Source: Nitrospirota bacterium | GTDB lineage: Bacteria > Nitrospirota > Thermodesulfovibrionia > Thermodesulfovibrionales > Dissulfurispiraceae | DNA length: 64,000 nt | Direction: 5' to 3' | Assembly: GCA_015233655.1 (NCBI GenBank) | Contig: JADFXI010000002.1 | Span: forward strand, 2,903-66,902 | Shown here: one piece after another, positions 34,297 to 44,992 of the stretch | Layout of the letters: each line of letters begins with the position of its first letter | How positions within the stretch are numbered: position 1 is the first letter of the stretch | Program-made: the position numbers and the translations under genes | Notes under the pieces: model-generated | Told to the model about the DNA's origin: nothing | What the model saw: only the letters and a program-made list of their open reading frames with translations | The model's database searches: none

Positions 34297-35325
34297 ATGA
34301 AAAAGATATGGAAAGTTAGCTTCTTTGATGAAACCGGCGAGATCATTAATTCATCGGCATATGCCAGATACAATAAGACGCAAGCCTTCCCTGAGTCTGC
34401 CGGTCGAGGCATTACCCGCCGATGGCTGCATGTTCAGCTTGTTAGTTACACTGCCCGCCAGATAAGCGTGGCGTTGGGTTTTAATGAAAGTCTTGCCGAA
34501 GCCATTGCACTTGCTCACGATCTCGGCCATCCCCCATATGGCCACGAGGGAGAAAAGTATCTCAACGATATCTGCATAGCTTCAGGTTGCGGTTGTTTTG
34601 CACATAATGCACAAAGTGCCAGAGTCCTGACAATCCTTGAGAAGGGAGGAAAAGGCCTGAATGTTTCCTTGCCTGTAGTGGATGGCGTTCTATGCCATAA
34701 CGGTGAGGCCCTTAGCCGGGTGTACGAACGGGACTGCGAAAAAACCGGCAGCAGGCTTCACGCTGAAATTCACAACTGTCTTGAGTTGCCCGGTTATAGC
34801 AAGAACATCAGACCGATGGCTCTCGAAGGCTGTGTGGTAAGGGCCTCAGATGTCATTGCCTATATAGGCAGAGATATTGAGGACGCCATTTCGCTAGGTC
34901 TCATCACAAGGGATGACCTGCCTCAAAGGTCTGTTGAGGTCTTGGGTAACGGAGAGGCGGAAATCCGAAAAGCCCTGATAAATGATCTTATAAGTGAAAG
35001 CCGGGATAGGGCCGCCATCCGCTACTCTGACAGCGTATTCAAGGCACTGGAAGAGTTACTGAAGTTCTGCTATAGGTCGATTTACTCCAAAACAATCCCA
35101 AACGAACTGCGGAAGGAGAGGGAGAGAATGTTCCAAATGCTTTTTCAGGCGTGCTGCGAACAACTTGCCGAATCAGAGGCATCTCCTGCCAGAACCTGGG
35201 CTGAAGGCATCGGCGCAGCCTATGTCAGAACCACCCCGGCTGAGCGAATCGCAGTGGACTACATAGCCTCAATGAGCGACAGCGGCTTTGAGAAGGCTAT
35301 TGCTCAGTTAATAAGCAGCAACTAA
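34297..35325 (+). CDS. HD-domain dGTP triphosphohydrolase-like protein
   Basis: NKTQAFPE...ITRRWLHVQLVS...ALAHDLGHPPYGHEGE matches the dGTPase family blocks (KTQVf, RLTHslEV, HDlGhpPFGH). It is shorter than classical Dgt. Confidence 0.75.
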   Translation: MKKIWKVSFFDETGEIINSSAYARYNKTQAFPESAGRGITRRWLHVQLVSYTARQISVALGFNESLAEAIALAHDLGHPPYGHEGEKYLNDICIASGCGCFAHNAQSARVLTILEKGGKGLNVSLPVVDGVLCHNGEALSRVYERDCEKTGSRLHAEIHNCLELPGYSKNIRPMALEGCVVRASDVIAYIGRDIEDAISLGLITRDDLPQRSVEVLGNGEAEIRKALINDLISESRDRAAIRYSDSVFKALEELLKFCYRSIYSKTIPNELRKERERMFQMLFQACCEQLAESEASPARTWAEGIGAAYVRTTPAERIAVDYIASMSDSGFEKAIAQLISSN

Positions 35326-35542
35326 TACATATAAACCATCAATAAGGCCGGCATTCCGGGCCCTCAGCACGCAGCTTTAGGCGCGTGTCGAGTTTTCGTA
35401 GTCGCCGGCCTTTTTGCGTTCAAAAGCATAACAACCGTTAACCCTCAACACCCGCTAACTGCACCCCAAAAGTCTGTGACTTTTGGGGACCCCTTGCGGC
35501 GTTTGACGCCCGGCGGGTTTTTTATCCCAAAAAGGAGAAAAA

Positions 35543-36652
35543 ATGAAGAAAATCGAATTGATGTTATTGACCGGACAGGATTCAGATGAATCACGGAAAC
35601 AGCAAGCGATGGATGTTGCCAGGAGATTCAGCGAGTTCGTTGGCGCGGCTCGCGAGAGCGTCCACATTGCGATCTACGATTTTCGTCTTGACGAGGGCGA
35701 AGCCGGGATCGTAATAGATGCGCTGAGCAATAAGGCAGCAGATGGAGTGGATGTTAGGGTCGCATATTTCGAGCAAAACAGGAAAAGCAAATCTGCACCC
35801 GGAGGAGACCCGGCTCCTGGAACAGACAGAAATTTCCTGCAACGTCTTCATAAAGATGTAAAGGTGAAGGCGGTAAAGGGAATAAGTGATCTTCCGGCTG
35901 GAGTACAAGCCTTGCCGATCGAAGGCGGAGGCCACTTGATGCACAGCAAGTACATAGTCGCAGACGCGTGTTGTGTATGGATGGGATCGGCCAATTTTAC
36001 CACTGATGCGTGGAGCATTCAGGATAACAATATAGTCATCCTGGAATCAGCCCAAATTGCAAAGTGTTATGAGACCGACTTTGCTGAATTGTGGGAGTCG
36101 GGTCGTATTGCGGGCACAGGCAAGGACGATCACGGCGATGCAGAAATCGACGGCAGCAACGTCGAAGTCGATTTTTCGCCAGGTGATGGCGCAGCGATGG
36201 ATCAAGGTATTGCCGATCTGATTACGTCAGCGAAAAGTGAGATCGCACTTGCCTCGATGGTTATTTCTTCCGGCAACGTTTTGGATGCCCTGGCAGCTGC
36301 AATAAGACGCGGCGTAAAAATATGGGGCATCTATGACGGGCCGCAAATGAACCAGGTTGTACGGGCGTTTGGCAGGGGCAAAAATGGCGACAGCAAAACC
36401 AAGATCGGGCTGTGGGATGTCATAAAGAAAGAATTGGTTGCCAAATATTCCACGCCATATGCAGAAGATGGGCCACACGATTTCATGCATAACAAGCTGG
36501 CCGTGGTTGATGGAAGCATCGTGAAGACCGGGAGCTTCAACTTCTCGGCTAACGCTACTAAAAACGCGGAGAACATCATCACTATTTATGACCAGGAAAT
36601 CGCAGCCCAATACGTTCAGTATGTTCATGGGCTCGTTTCGAAGTACGCGTAG
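35543..36652 (+). CDS. phospholipase D / nuclease superfamily protein with two HKD motifs
   Basis: HLMHSKYIVADACCVWMGSANFT and FMHNKLAVVDGSIVKTGSFNFS. No TM segment. Confidence 0.8.
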   Translation: MKKIELMLLTGQDSDESRKQQAMDVARRFSEFVGAARESVHIAIYDFRLDEGEAGIVIDALSNKAADGVDVRVAYFEQNRKSKSAPGGDPAPGTDRNFLQRLHKDVKVKAVKGISDLPAGVQALPIEGGGHLMHSKYIVADACCVWMGSANFTTDAWSIQDNNIVILESAQIAKCYETDFAELWESGRIAGTGKDDHGDAEIDGSNVEVDFSPGDGAAMDQGIADLITSAKSEIALASMVISSGNVLDALAAAIRRGVKIWGIYDGPQMNQVVRAFGRGKNGDSKTKIGLWDVIKKELVAKYSTPYAEDGPHDFMHNKLAVVDGSIVKTGSFNFSANATKNAENIITIYDQEIAAQYVQYVHGLVSKYA

Positions 36653-36793
36653 CCTTCAGCTTAAATGAAGAGGCCGGCATCCCGCTTTAGAGGTGCCAAC
36701 AGTAGGTGCCTTTTAAGCACTGGGATAGTGTTTAACCTCATGCCCCGCCTTCGACACTTATGGTGTCTGGGCGGGTTTCTTATAGGAGGAGAT

Positions 36794-37105
36794 ATGAAAG
36801 CTGTCGAACGTGTGGTGGAAGAAGTATTAAGTCACCAGGAGGCATTGTCAAACTTTTGCAGACTCGCGGTAGAGGTTTACATTGCGTATATTCTCGAAAG
36901 GGTGATCGAACATTCCCACGCAGCCGTCGGAAGCTGTCTGGTACGCCTTGCGGAGAAAGTGAGCGAGTACCTGGAGCCAGTGACTGAGGAGGTGCTTCCC
37001 CGTATCCTGGACAAAATTAAAGAGGCGTTGGCAGCGCTGCTGCAAAACGCAAAGTCTCTGTGGGAGAAGGCATGTGAATTTATCCACAAGGTTATGCAAA
37101 AATAG
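36794..37105 (+). CDS. hypothetical helical protein
   Basis: 103 aa from ATG 36794 after GGAGGAG. No motif. Confidence 0.35.
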   Translation: MKAVERVVEEVLSHQEALSNFCRLAVEVYIAYILERVIEHSHAAVGSCLVRLAEKVSEYLEPVTEEVLPRILDKIKEALAALLQNAKSLWEKACEFIHKVMQK

Positions 37106-37132
37106 CAGTAAATAAAGAAGTCCCTTATAAAA

Positions 37133-37165
37133 GGCGCTCTGGCGGTAATTGCCGGGGCGCCTTTT
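37133..37165 (+). terminator. rho-independent terminator
   Basis: GGCGCTCTGGC-GGTAATT-GCCGGGGCGCC followed by TTTT. Confidence 0.55.
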
Positions 37166-37367
37166 ATATACAAATTTGCTAAAAAATTTTGCCTTTTTGA
37201 CACCAGCGACAAATAAAGTGCATCACGGCGGAATTGAAGCATCTTTTCTGACAGGGATTATTATCATGCTATTATAATAGTATGGAATTAAAGTATGTTC
37301 TTCTCTTCTTAATCGGTGGTACGGTGATAAGTGCGGTCACGTATTCCTGGAAAGGAGTTAGTTTTCT

Positions 37368-38483
37368 ATGAGTCAACTTTTTACACCCCTGCAATTAGGA
37401 CCATTGGAGCTGACGAACCGCATAGTTGTTTCGCCGATGTGCCAGTATAGCGCTGATGACGGGGTGCCGGGCGATTGGCATATGCATCACCTGATGCAAC
37501 TCGGCTGTTCAGGCGCTGGGCTGGTAATGGTTGAAGCAACTGCTGTCGAGAGGCGTGGCCGCATTACTCACGGCTGTTTAGGACTTTATTCTGATTCAAA
37601 CGAGGCAGCTCTCGGTCGTGTTATGAGTGCGGTTAGGCGTATTGCCGGACAGACGAGGTTTGGCATTCAGCTTGCTCATGCAGGGAGAAAGGCATCGGCG
37701 AATCGCCCCTGGGTGGATGAAGGGAGACCTCTGGCCCCTGGTGAAGACCCGTGGCCGACAGTGGGGCCTTCGTCAAGTCCGTATGTCGAGGGGTGGCCTA
37801 TTCCCGAAGCTCTGGATAAGGATGGAATGCAGAGGATCATTGCAGCGTTCTCCTCTGCTGCGGCCAGGGCAGCTCGAATCGGATTTGAAGTTGTGGAAGT
37901 CCATGCGGCGCATGGCTATCTCCTTCATGAGTTTCTCTCTCCATTTGCTAACATGAGAACGGATTCCTACGGCGGCGACTTTAATAAACGTATGCGGTTT
38001 CCGCTTGAGGTTGTAGGTGCTGTGCGGGCAGCATTGCCGGCGGGGATAGTACTGGGGGTCCGTATTACAGGAACTGATTGGCTTGAAGGCGGCTTGACGC
38101 TCGATGATGCAGTTGTGTTTGCGAACGAACTGAGATCGCTCGGCGTCGGCTACGCCTGCGTTTCATCCGGTGGAATAACTCGGTCGGTCAAAGTGCCTGT
38201 TGGTCCCGGGTACCAGGTGCCGTTGGCGGAACGAGTGAAAAAAGAATCGGGCATCGCTGTCCGGGCCGTAGGCATGATTTTAACTCCTGAACAGGCGGAG
38301 GACATCGTCTCATCCGGAAAGGCTGATATGGTGTGTATGGCACGGGCCTTCCTCGATGATCCACGATGGGTATGGCATGCGGCTGAAAAGCTCGGCGCTT
38401 CGATACAGTATCCGCCCCAATACGAGAGGGCACAGCGTTCTGTTTGGCGGGGAGCAGACGTTATACGGCCTGGCAAGAAATAG
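37368..38483 (+). CDS. NADH:flavin oxidoreductase, Old Yellow Enzyme family
   Basis: LTNRIVVSPMCQYSADDGVPGDWHMHH, VEVHAAHGYLLHEFLSP and GRAFLDDP-type blocks. Confidence 0.85.
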   Translation: MSQLFTPLQLGPLELTNRIVVSPMCQYSADDGVPGDWHMHHLMQLGCSGAGLVMVEATAVERRGRITHGCLGLYSDSNEAALGRVMSAVRRIAGQTRFGIQLAHAGRKASANRPWVDEGRPLAPGEDPWPTVGPSSSPYVEGWPIPEALDKDGMQRIIAAFSSAAARAARIGFEVVEVHAAHGYLLHEFLSPFANMRTDSYGGDFNKRMRFPLEVVGAVRAALPAGIVLGVRITGTDWLEGGLTLDDAVVFANELRSLGVGYACVSSGGITRSVKVPVGPGYQVPLAERVKKESGIAVRAVGMILTPEQAEDIVSSGKADMVCMARAFLDDPRWVWHAAEKLGASIQYPPQYERAQRSVWRGADVIRPGKK

Positions 38484-38486
38484 TAG

Positions 38487-39164
38487 ATGATCCCTTTTAA
38501 AGATGATAACCCGACGTACACATTCCCTTTCGTCACTGTCGGGCTGATTATAGTCAATATAGTTGTTTATCTCTTCGAACTCGTTGCTCCGGACGGGGGA
38601 GAGCAGTTGGCCATTCTTTATGGGGCCATCCCTAATAATCTAGTTACTTTTGAAAGCGGGCAGCCGATCTCTCCCCTGGGTAGTGTGTTCACCTCTATGT
38701 TCCTTCACGGCGGGCTCTTGCATGTCGGTGGGAACATGTTATTTCTATGGATATTTGGTGACAATATTGAGGACATGCTGGGCCATTTCAGGTTTTTGTT
38801 GTTTTACTTGTTTGCAGGGTTTATTGCTGCGTATGGTCATGCGCTTACTGACTCTCAGTCATTGGTCCCCATGATAGGTGCGAGCGGAGCGATATCTGGA
38901 GTGTTGGGCGCTTATATCCTTTTGTTTCCGCGTGCAAGGGTGCATACACTTCTGTTCTTCGGTTTTTTCTGGCAGGTCGTGCGTGTCCCAGCGGTTGTTG
39001 TCATAGGTTTTTGGATAATTCTCCAAGTACTTAGCGGCCTGCTCAATGCGGGGTCACTTCATCAGGGCGGCATAGCGTGGTTCGCCCATGTGGGAGGCTT
39101 TCTGGCCGGACTTCTTACCATAAGATTATGGCTGCCACGTCAAAGAAGGCCCTCCAGGTTTTAA
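38487..39164 (+). CDS. rhomboid family intramembrane serine protease
   Basis: HGGLLHVGGNMLFLWIFG, catalytic GASGAISGVLGAY, and AHVGGFLAG. Confidence 0.85.
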   Translation: MIPFKDDNPTYTFPFVTVGLIIVNIVVYLFELVAPDGGEQLAILYGAIPNNLVTFESGQPISPLGSVFTSMFLHGGLLHVGGNMLFLWIFGDNIEDMLGHFRFLLFYLFAGFIAAYGHALTDSQSLVPMIGASGAISGVLGAYILLFPRARVHTLLFFGFFWQVVRVPAVVVIGFWIILQVLSGLLNAGSLHQGGIAWFAHVGGFLAGLLTIRLWLPRQRRPSRF

Positions 39165-39265
39165 GAGTAAAAAGCTAAAAAAGACTAAAAAACGTGCTTA
39201 TTAGGGCGTAATCGGTAATAATCATCCTTAAGAAGCCTTGCAACGATCCTTCTTTTATAGTTATA

Positions 39266-39292
39266 TTAGCACTCATCATTGATGAGTGCTAA
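39266..39292 (+). promoter_or_regulatory. CIRCE operator (HrcA binding site)
   Basis: TTAGCACTC-ATCATTGAT-GAGTGCTAA is a perfect match to the CIRCE consensus upstream of groES. Confidence 0.9.
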
Positions 39293-39416
39293 TAACGCAC
39301 CGGGGTATCAGAAATAACCCAGCTTTTTCAGCAGCAATAAAATCTGTGCTAATTATCACCTTGAACGGTTTGCCGTTAAGGATCAATCAATAATTTTAAA
39401 AGGAGGTTAGTTCGGT

Positions 39417-39680
39417 ATGAAAATTAGGCCACTTAAGGACAGAGTAGTCGTCAGGTACTCGGAAGAGCAGGAAGAAAAAACAGCAGGCGGACTTTATGTC
39501 CCTGATGTTGCAAAGGAGAAACCCCAGAAGGGCACTGTGGATGCCGTCGGTTCAGAGGTGAAGGAAGTGAAGGCAGGCAACCAGGTGCTTTTCGATAAGT
39601 ATTCGGGTTCGAAAATAAAAATCGACAACGTTGAATACCTGATTGTAAAAGAAGAAGATCTCTTGGGAATAATTGAATAA
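39417..39680 (+). CDS. groES: co-chaperonin GroES
   Basis: MKIRPLKDRVVV...KTAGGLYVPD...GTV.AVG. It lies directly upstream of groEL. Confidence 0.95.
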   Translation: MKIRPLKDRVVVRYSEEQEEKTAGGLYVPDVAKEKPQKGTVDAVGSEVKEVKAGNQVLFDKYSGSKIKIDNVEYLIVKEEDLLGIIE

Positions 39681-39704
39681 GTAAAAAAAGGAGGACTGAA
39701 CATT

Positions 39705-41339
39705 ATGGCAGCAAAGCAACTTTTGTTTGATGAAGCGGCAAGACAGGCGATTTTGCGGGGCGTGACTATTCTTACCGATGCAGTAAAGGCTACCCTCGGC
39801 CCCAGGGGAAGAAATGTAATCATAGACAGGAAGTTTGGTGCGCCGAATATCACTAAGGACGGCGTTACTGTCGCAAAGGAAATCGAGCTTAAAGAGCCTT
39901 ATGAAAATATGGGCGCACAACTCCTGAGAGAGGTTGCCTCCAAGACCTCAGACGTAGCTGGTGACGGTACAACAACAGCGACCGTGCTTGCCTATGCTAT
40001 TTACAAAGAGGGCATGAGGCATGTTACAGCAGGCGCTAATGCAATTGACCTCAAGAGGGGTATTGACAAGGCCGTTGAAGTGGTAGTGGAAGAGTTGAAA
40101 TCAATGAGCAGGCCTGTTGCAGAGAAGAAAGAGATTGCCCAGGTCGGCACGATTTCAGCGAATAACGATCCTTCAATCGGCGAGTTGATTGCAGAGGCAA
40201 TGGACAAGGTCGGCAAAGACGGCGTTATTACTGTTGAAGAAGCCAAAAGCATGGCAACTACCCTGGAAGTAGTAGAGGGAATGCAGTTTGACAGGGGATA
40301 CATTTCTCCATATTTTATAACTGACGCTGACAGGATGGAAAGCGTGCTGGATGACGTTTTTATTCTTATCCACGATAAGAAGATATCGAGCATGAAAGAT
40401 CTCCTTCCTGTACTTGAACAGATCGCAAAAATGGGCAGGCCGTTGGTCATAATTTCTGAGGAAGTCGAGGGCGAGGCGCTTGCAACTCTCGTTGTCAACA
40501 AGCTGCGCGGGACCCTTCAGGTTGCTGCAGTTAAGGCCCCTGGTTTTGGAGACAGGAGAAAAGCGATGCTTGAAGACATTGCCATTCTCACGGGCGGCAC
40601 TGTTATCTCTGAAGACCTCGGACTCAAGCTCGAGAATGTCAAAATAAATGATTTGGGCAGGGCCCGCAAGGTCACCATCGATAAGGAAAACACCACGATT
40701 GTTGAAGGCGCCGGTGATAATGCCCAGATTCAGGGCAGGGTAAAACAGATCAAGGCACAGGTCGAAGAGACGACTTCAGATTACGACAGGGAGAAGCTTC
40801 AGGAAAGGCTTGCCAAACTGGTCGGCGGCGTGGCGGTCATTAATGTCGGGGCCGCAACAGAATCTGAAATGAAGGAAAAGAAGGCGAGAGTTGAAGATGC
40901 CCTTCATGCTACCAGGGCTGCTGTTGAAGAAGGCATTGTGCCTGGCGGCGGCGTCGCACTTCTGAGGACGATTAAGGCGCTGGACAAGCTGAAACTGGAC
41001 CACGACCAGCAGCTCGGAGTGGCTATTGTCAGGAAATCTCTTGAGGAGCCGATTAAGCAGATAATTCAGAATGCAGGCATCGAGAGCGCAATAATCGTTG
41101 AAAAGGTGAGGGCTTCGAAAGAACCGAATCAGGGATACGATGCGTATAAAGAGGAATATACCGATATGCTCAAGGCTGGAATCATCGATCCTACAAAGGT
41201 GACCAGGTCCGCGCTCCAGAACGCATCGTCGGTAGCAGGCTTGATGCTTACTACAGAAGTAATGATCACCGATATTCCGGAAGAGGACAAGAAGATGCCT
41301 CCTATGCCGGGCGGCGGCGGTATGGAAGGGATGTACTAA
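39705..41339 (+). CDS. groEL: chaperonin GroEL
   Basis: [12 protein letters not shown]...GPRGRNV...[10 protein letters not shown]...GGGV, with a C-terminal GGGGMEGMY. Confidence 0.97.
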   Translation: MAAKQLLFDEAARQAILRGVTILTDAVKATLGPRGRNVIIDRKFGAPNITKDGVTVAKEIELKEPYENMGAQLLREVASKTSDVAGDGTTTATVLAYAIYKEGMRHVTAGANAIDLKRGIDKAVEVVVEELKSMSRPVAEKKEIAQVGTISANNDPSIGELIAEAMDKVGKDGVITVEEAKSMATTLEVVEGMQFDRGYISPYFITDADRMESVLDDVFILIHDKKISSMKDLLPVLEQIAKMGRPLVIISEEVEGEALATLVVNKLRGTLQVAAVKAPGFGDRRKAMLEDIAILTGGTVISEDLGLKLENVKINDLGRARKVTIDKENTTIVEGAGDNAQIQGRVKQIKAQVEETTSDYDREKLQERLAKLVGGVAVINVGAATESEMKEKKARVEDALHATRAAVEEGIVPGGGVALLRTIKALDKLKLDHDQQLGVAIVRKSLEEPIKQIIQNAGIESAIIVEKVRASKEPNQGYDAYKEEYTDMLKAGIIDPTKVTRSALQNASSVAGLMLTTEVMITDIPEEDKKMPPMPGGGGMEGMY

Positions 41340-41376
41340 GTCAGAGGACGTAAAAGTTCTTTGGTATTACTACAAA

Positions 41377-41408
41377 GGGGCGGCTGGAATAAGGCCGCCC
41401 CATTTAGT
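41377..41408 (+). terminator. rho-independent terminator after groEL
   Basis: GGGGCGGC-TGGAATAAG-GCCGCCCC followed by a T-rich tract. Confidence 0.6.
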
Positions 41409-41431
41409 TTTATCATGAGTGTCTGTTATTA

Positions 41432-42448
41432 TTGATTAATATGAGTGTTAGACATAATGCAAAATTGTTGTGTGTTGCGTTTCTGGTCCTTCCACTAATA
41501 TACGTAGCATCAGAGCTTTTCGTGCCTTCGGGCATAGGCAATACGAACATGGAAGTTGAAATACCGGAAGGCGCGACATACAAACAAGCCATTAACATAC
41601 TGTACAAGAACAACCTTATAAGAGATAAGAACATCTTTCTTGTGTTAGGTAAGCTGACCGGCCTCGACCGGAGGATACGGTATGGGTTCTATTCATTTTG
41701 GGGCAGAATGAGCCCCTATCAGGTATTCAAGCGACTGAAAGAGGGGAAAATTATAGAATATGAGGTGACTATTGTCGAGGGAGACAGTCTCCTCGAAATA
41801 GGCGACAAGCTTACCTCAAACAAGCTCATGACCAGAGAGGTTTTTAACCGGCTGGTAAAAGACAGCGACTTTCTCAAGAGCCTGAAGGTTGATGCTCCGA
41901 GTCTGGAGGGCTATATTTTCCCTCAAACATACAGAATCCCCAAAGGGATAAGTCCTAAAACGGTGTTTAAAGGCATGGTGGACCTGCTCAGGAAGTCATA
42001 TACTGATGACATGCGGCAGCGGGCCAGGAAATTAGGCTGGGATGAGAACAAAATGCTCATACTTGCATCTATAATAGAAAAAGAGGCAGTGACAGACGAA
42101 GAGAGGCCCGTTATTTCTGCCGTTTATCAAAACAGGATTAATAAGGGCATGCCGCTTCAGGCAGACCCTACCGCTATCTACGGAGTGAAAAGCAGCAAAC
42201 TGAAAATAACGAAGGATGATCTCAAGAACAAGACCGATTACAATACATACGTGATAAAAGGACTGCCTCCAGGACCAATAGCGTCCCCGGGGATAAAATC
42301 GATTGCCGCTGCGTTATATCCGGCAAATGTGCCCTATCTCTATTTTGTTTCGCAAAAAAACGGCACTCACTATTTTTCAAAATCACTGAGCGAGCATAGT
42401 GCCGCAATCAGGCGTATACGGGGCGGTAATAGCAATGATTGGAAATAA
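41432..42448 (+). CDS. mltG: endolytic murein transglycosylase MltG (YceG-like)
   Basis: N-terminal TM helix. Blocks LEGYIFPQTY, ILASIIEKEA, NRINKGMPLQADPT, YNTY...GLPPGPI.SPG. Confidence 0.85.
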   Translation: MINMSVRHNAKLLCVAFLVLPLIYVASELFVPSGIGNTNMEVEIPEGATYKQAINILYKNNLIRDKNIFLVLGKLTGLDRRIRYGFYSFWGRMSPYQVFKRLKEGKIIEYEVTIVEGDSLLEIGDKLTSNKLMTREVFNRLVKDSDFLKSLKVDAPSLEGYIFPQTYRIPKGISPKTVFKGMVDLLRKSYTDDMRQRARKLGWDENKMLILASIIEKEAVTDEERPVISAVYQNRINKGMPLQADPTAIYGVKSSKLKITKDDLKNKTDYNTYVIKGLPPGPIASPGIKSIAAALYPANVPYLYFVSQKNGTHYFSKSLSEHSAAIRRIRGGNSNDWK

Positions 42449-42461
42449 TGATAAAGGATGA

Positions 42462-43535
42462 ATGCCCATGTCGGTAATTAATAGAAAGAAGACCCGCAAG
42501 ATTTATGTCGGCAATGTCGCTGTTGGCGGAGATAGCCCTATTTCCGTTCAGTCAATGACAAAGACAGATACCCGTAATGTGCAGGCCACAGCTGAACAGA
42601 TACGCTATCTTGAGTCGCAGGGCTGTGAAATTATCCGGCTGGCAGTCCCTGATATGGATGCGGCCACTGCGCTGGGGGCCATTAAGAAAGAAGTTGCCAT
42701 ACCTCTTATCGCCGATATCCATTTCGACTGGAGACTGGCCCTTGAAGCGCTGTCACAAGGAGTGGACGGGTTGAGGCTTAATCCCGGCAACATAGGCGCA
42801 ACATGGAAGGTCAAAGAAGTAGTGCTGGCGGCGTCAGAGCGCTCTGTTCCGATAAGGATAGGAGTCAATGCCGGTTCGCTCGACAAGGAACTGCTCGAAA
42901 AACACGGCCATCCGACACCTGAAGCTCTGGTGGAAAGTGCTGAGGCGCATATTCGAATCCTTGAAGACCTGCATTTTGAGAACATCAAGGTATCGCTTAA
43001 GGCATCGAACGTGTTAAAGACTGTTGAGGCTTACCGCCTCTTTTCCGCAAAATACGACTATCCGCTGCATGTCGGCATATCAGAGGCCGGGCCGCCGTTT
43101 AGCGGCATCATCAAGAGTTCGGTCGGCATAGGTATATTGCTCGCCGATGGCATAGGCGATACAATAAGGGTCTCGCTGACCTCGGAATCGGCTGAAGAGA
43201 TCAGAGTGGGCTACGAAATATTAAAATCACTTGGCCTGCGTCGCAGGGGCCCCGAGATTATCTCATGCCCGACCTGCGGCAGGTGCTGCATTGATTTAAA
43301 GCCGCTGGCCCAAAAAGTGGAAGACGCAATAAAAGGCATGAAGGAGCCCATCAGTGTTGCTGTAATGGGATGCATAGTGAATGGGCCTGGAGAGGCAAGG
43401 GAAGCTGATTTCGGTATTGCAGGCGGCAAGGGCATGGGGCTTGTATTTAAAAAAGGAGAAGTGGTTAAACAAGTAAAAGAGGAAGAGTTGCTGGAAGCGC
43501 TGATGAAATTGATTAATGAGAACGCCAACTTATAA
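42462..43535 (+). CDS. ispG: 4-hydroxy-3-methylbut-2-en-1-yl diphosphate synthase IspG
   Basis: VGNVAVGGDSPISVQSMTKTDT, LRLNPGNIG, CPTCGR, MGCIVNGPGE. Confidence 0.9.
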   Translation: MPMSVINRKKTRKIYVGNVAVGGDSPISVQSMTKTDTRNVQATAEQIRYLESQGCEIIRLAVPDMDAATALGAIKKEVAIPLIADIHFDWRLALEALSQGVDGLRLNPGNIGATWKVKEVVLAASERSVPIRIGVNAGSLDKELLEKHGHPTPEALVESAEAHIRILEDLHFENIKVSLKASNVLKTVEAYRLFSAKYDYPLHVGISEAGPPFSGIIKSSVGIGILLADGIGDTIRVSLTSESAEEIRVGYEILKSLGLRRRGPEIISCPTCGRCCIDLKPLAQKVEDAIKGMKEPISVAVMGCIVNGPGEAREADFGIAGGKGMGLVFKKGEVVKQVKEEELLEALMKLINENANL

Positions 43536-43832
43536 TCTGCATCAGTATTTATGTTGACGACATTGGTATACGCAAATTCCAACTATTAATTATCGCAGGA
43601 AATCTTTTGATAGTGTCAAGAGAAGCAGGAACGTGGCTTTCACCGACAAAGCCGCAAAAAAAATAGATGATGCCGATCTCACATCCTCACAGAAGCCGAT
43701 AGTTTCTTTAGATCGAATCTCAATACAGGTTGCTTTTTAAAATTATTGCAGATATATAGGTTGACGTTAAAAGAAAAGTGCAACATTATAGACCTGACCC
43801 CGAGCCCTATAAGCCGGACTGGAAAAGACTTC

Positions 43833-44651
43833 TTAATCCTCGACTATACTTTTTATTTCTTGACGTATATCAGCAATGGCTTTACTGAGGTCAATTTGTC
43901 TCACGCTGCTCTCCGGATTGCCGGTAAAGGATTTCGGATTCGCTATATAAATGACATGCACAACAATCTTGCTGCCATTTCTATACGGATAAGCATCAAC
44001 AATGAGACAAGTCTCTGATTGATCATAGGGCAAAAGGTACGCAAACTTATAATTCTTTCCTGTCACTGGATCAACCCAAGGGTCGGTGCCTAAGGGTCGC
44101 TGTTTAAGTTTTCGCTGAAAATTAGCATAAATAGATTCTGGACTGTAAGGCGAATTAATTTCCTCTTTAAAGCTTACAGAACCAGAACATATAAGATTGA
44201 GAAAATCCTGTTCAGTAAATGGGACCTCGTAAGGAAGCTGCTTCATAAACCCAAGCAATGTTTCTTCTTTCCTGAAAACATAGTCTTTTGAAACTGGGAC
44301 GAAGCTCATCACTGCCTTGCCAAGTTTCCGAGTAATGCTGACCTTTGCACTATATTCTGTATGAAATTCCTGATTACGCATCTCAGCAAAAAAATACGAT
44401 TCTGTTGAGAAAAATATTCTTAAGGAATGATCTTCGAAAGCAATAGTCGGAATTCCATTGCCGCCAACAGTAGCCCGCGGACCACATGCTGAAGGAGTCT
44501 TGTCACCGGTAAAGTTTATGTTTGTATCAAGGGGAAAAATGTATTGCACTTCTTGCTTAATTTTGAACGGAACTTTCGCCTGCTCAAATGCCAAGCATGT
44601 GGATGAAAATATTACGAGGCTCAGCACAAATACGTAAAAGTAGTATCTCAC
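43833..44651 (-). CDS. hypothetical secreted protein
   Basis: 272 aa with an N-terminal signal-like YFYVFVLSLVIFSSTCLA. No motif. Confidence 0.45.
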   Translation of the reverse strand: MRYYFYVFVLSLVIFSSTCLAFEQAKVPFKIKQEVQYIFPLDTNINFTGDKTPSACGPRATVGGNGIPTIAFEDHSLRIFFSTESYFFAEMRNQEFHTEYSAKVSITRKLGKAVMSFVPVSKDYVFRKEETLLGFMKQLPYEVPFTEQDFLNLICSGSVSFKEEINSPYSPESIYANFQRKLKQRPLGTDPWVDPVTGKNYKFAYLLPYDQSETCLIVDAYPYRNGSKIVVHVIYIANPKSFTGNPESSVRQIDLSKAIADIRQEIKSIVED

Positions 44652-44992
44652 ACATTAATCTCCTGTCAGAAAGTTGCTATTACTGCTTCCGAGCGAGTCT
44701 AAATAAACAGCATTTCTTGGACTGAGAAATTATAGAAAGTTGCCAGGTGAAAATGCAACAGCTACATACATGAGATAATGACAGAGACGGTAAAGGGAAC
44801 TTGTCTTCGAAGCATAGCCCCTGGTTCCTGCCGATAGGAAAAAATATGGTTCGGCGATTCCACAGCAATTCTTGTCAGCACCGGGTTACAGTAAGAAGCT
44901 TGCTTTGAAATGCGTTTGCAATCCCTGCATCAAAACTACTCTCCACGGAATTTTATAAATCGGCCCACTTCTATCACAAAAAAAGCGGGGGA

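Noticed and set aside
35464-35488. Perfect 11 bp hairpin CCCCAAAAGTC-TGT-GACTTTTGGGG as a riboswitch or ncRNA
   Set aside because: It is a single short hairpin without a conserved flanking structure or a second copy. It is most simply a transcript-stabilising or terminator-like element, and it is mentioned only in context.
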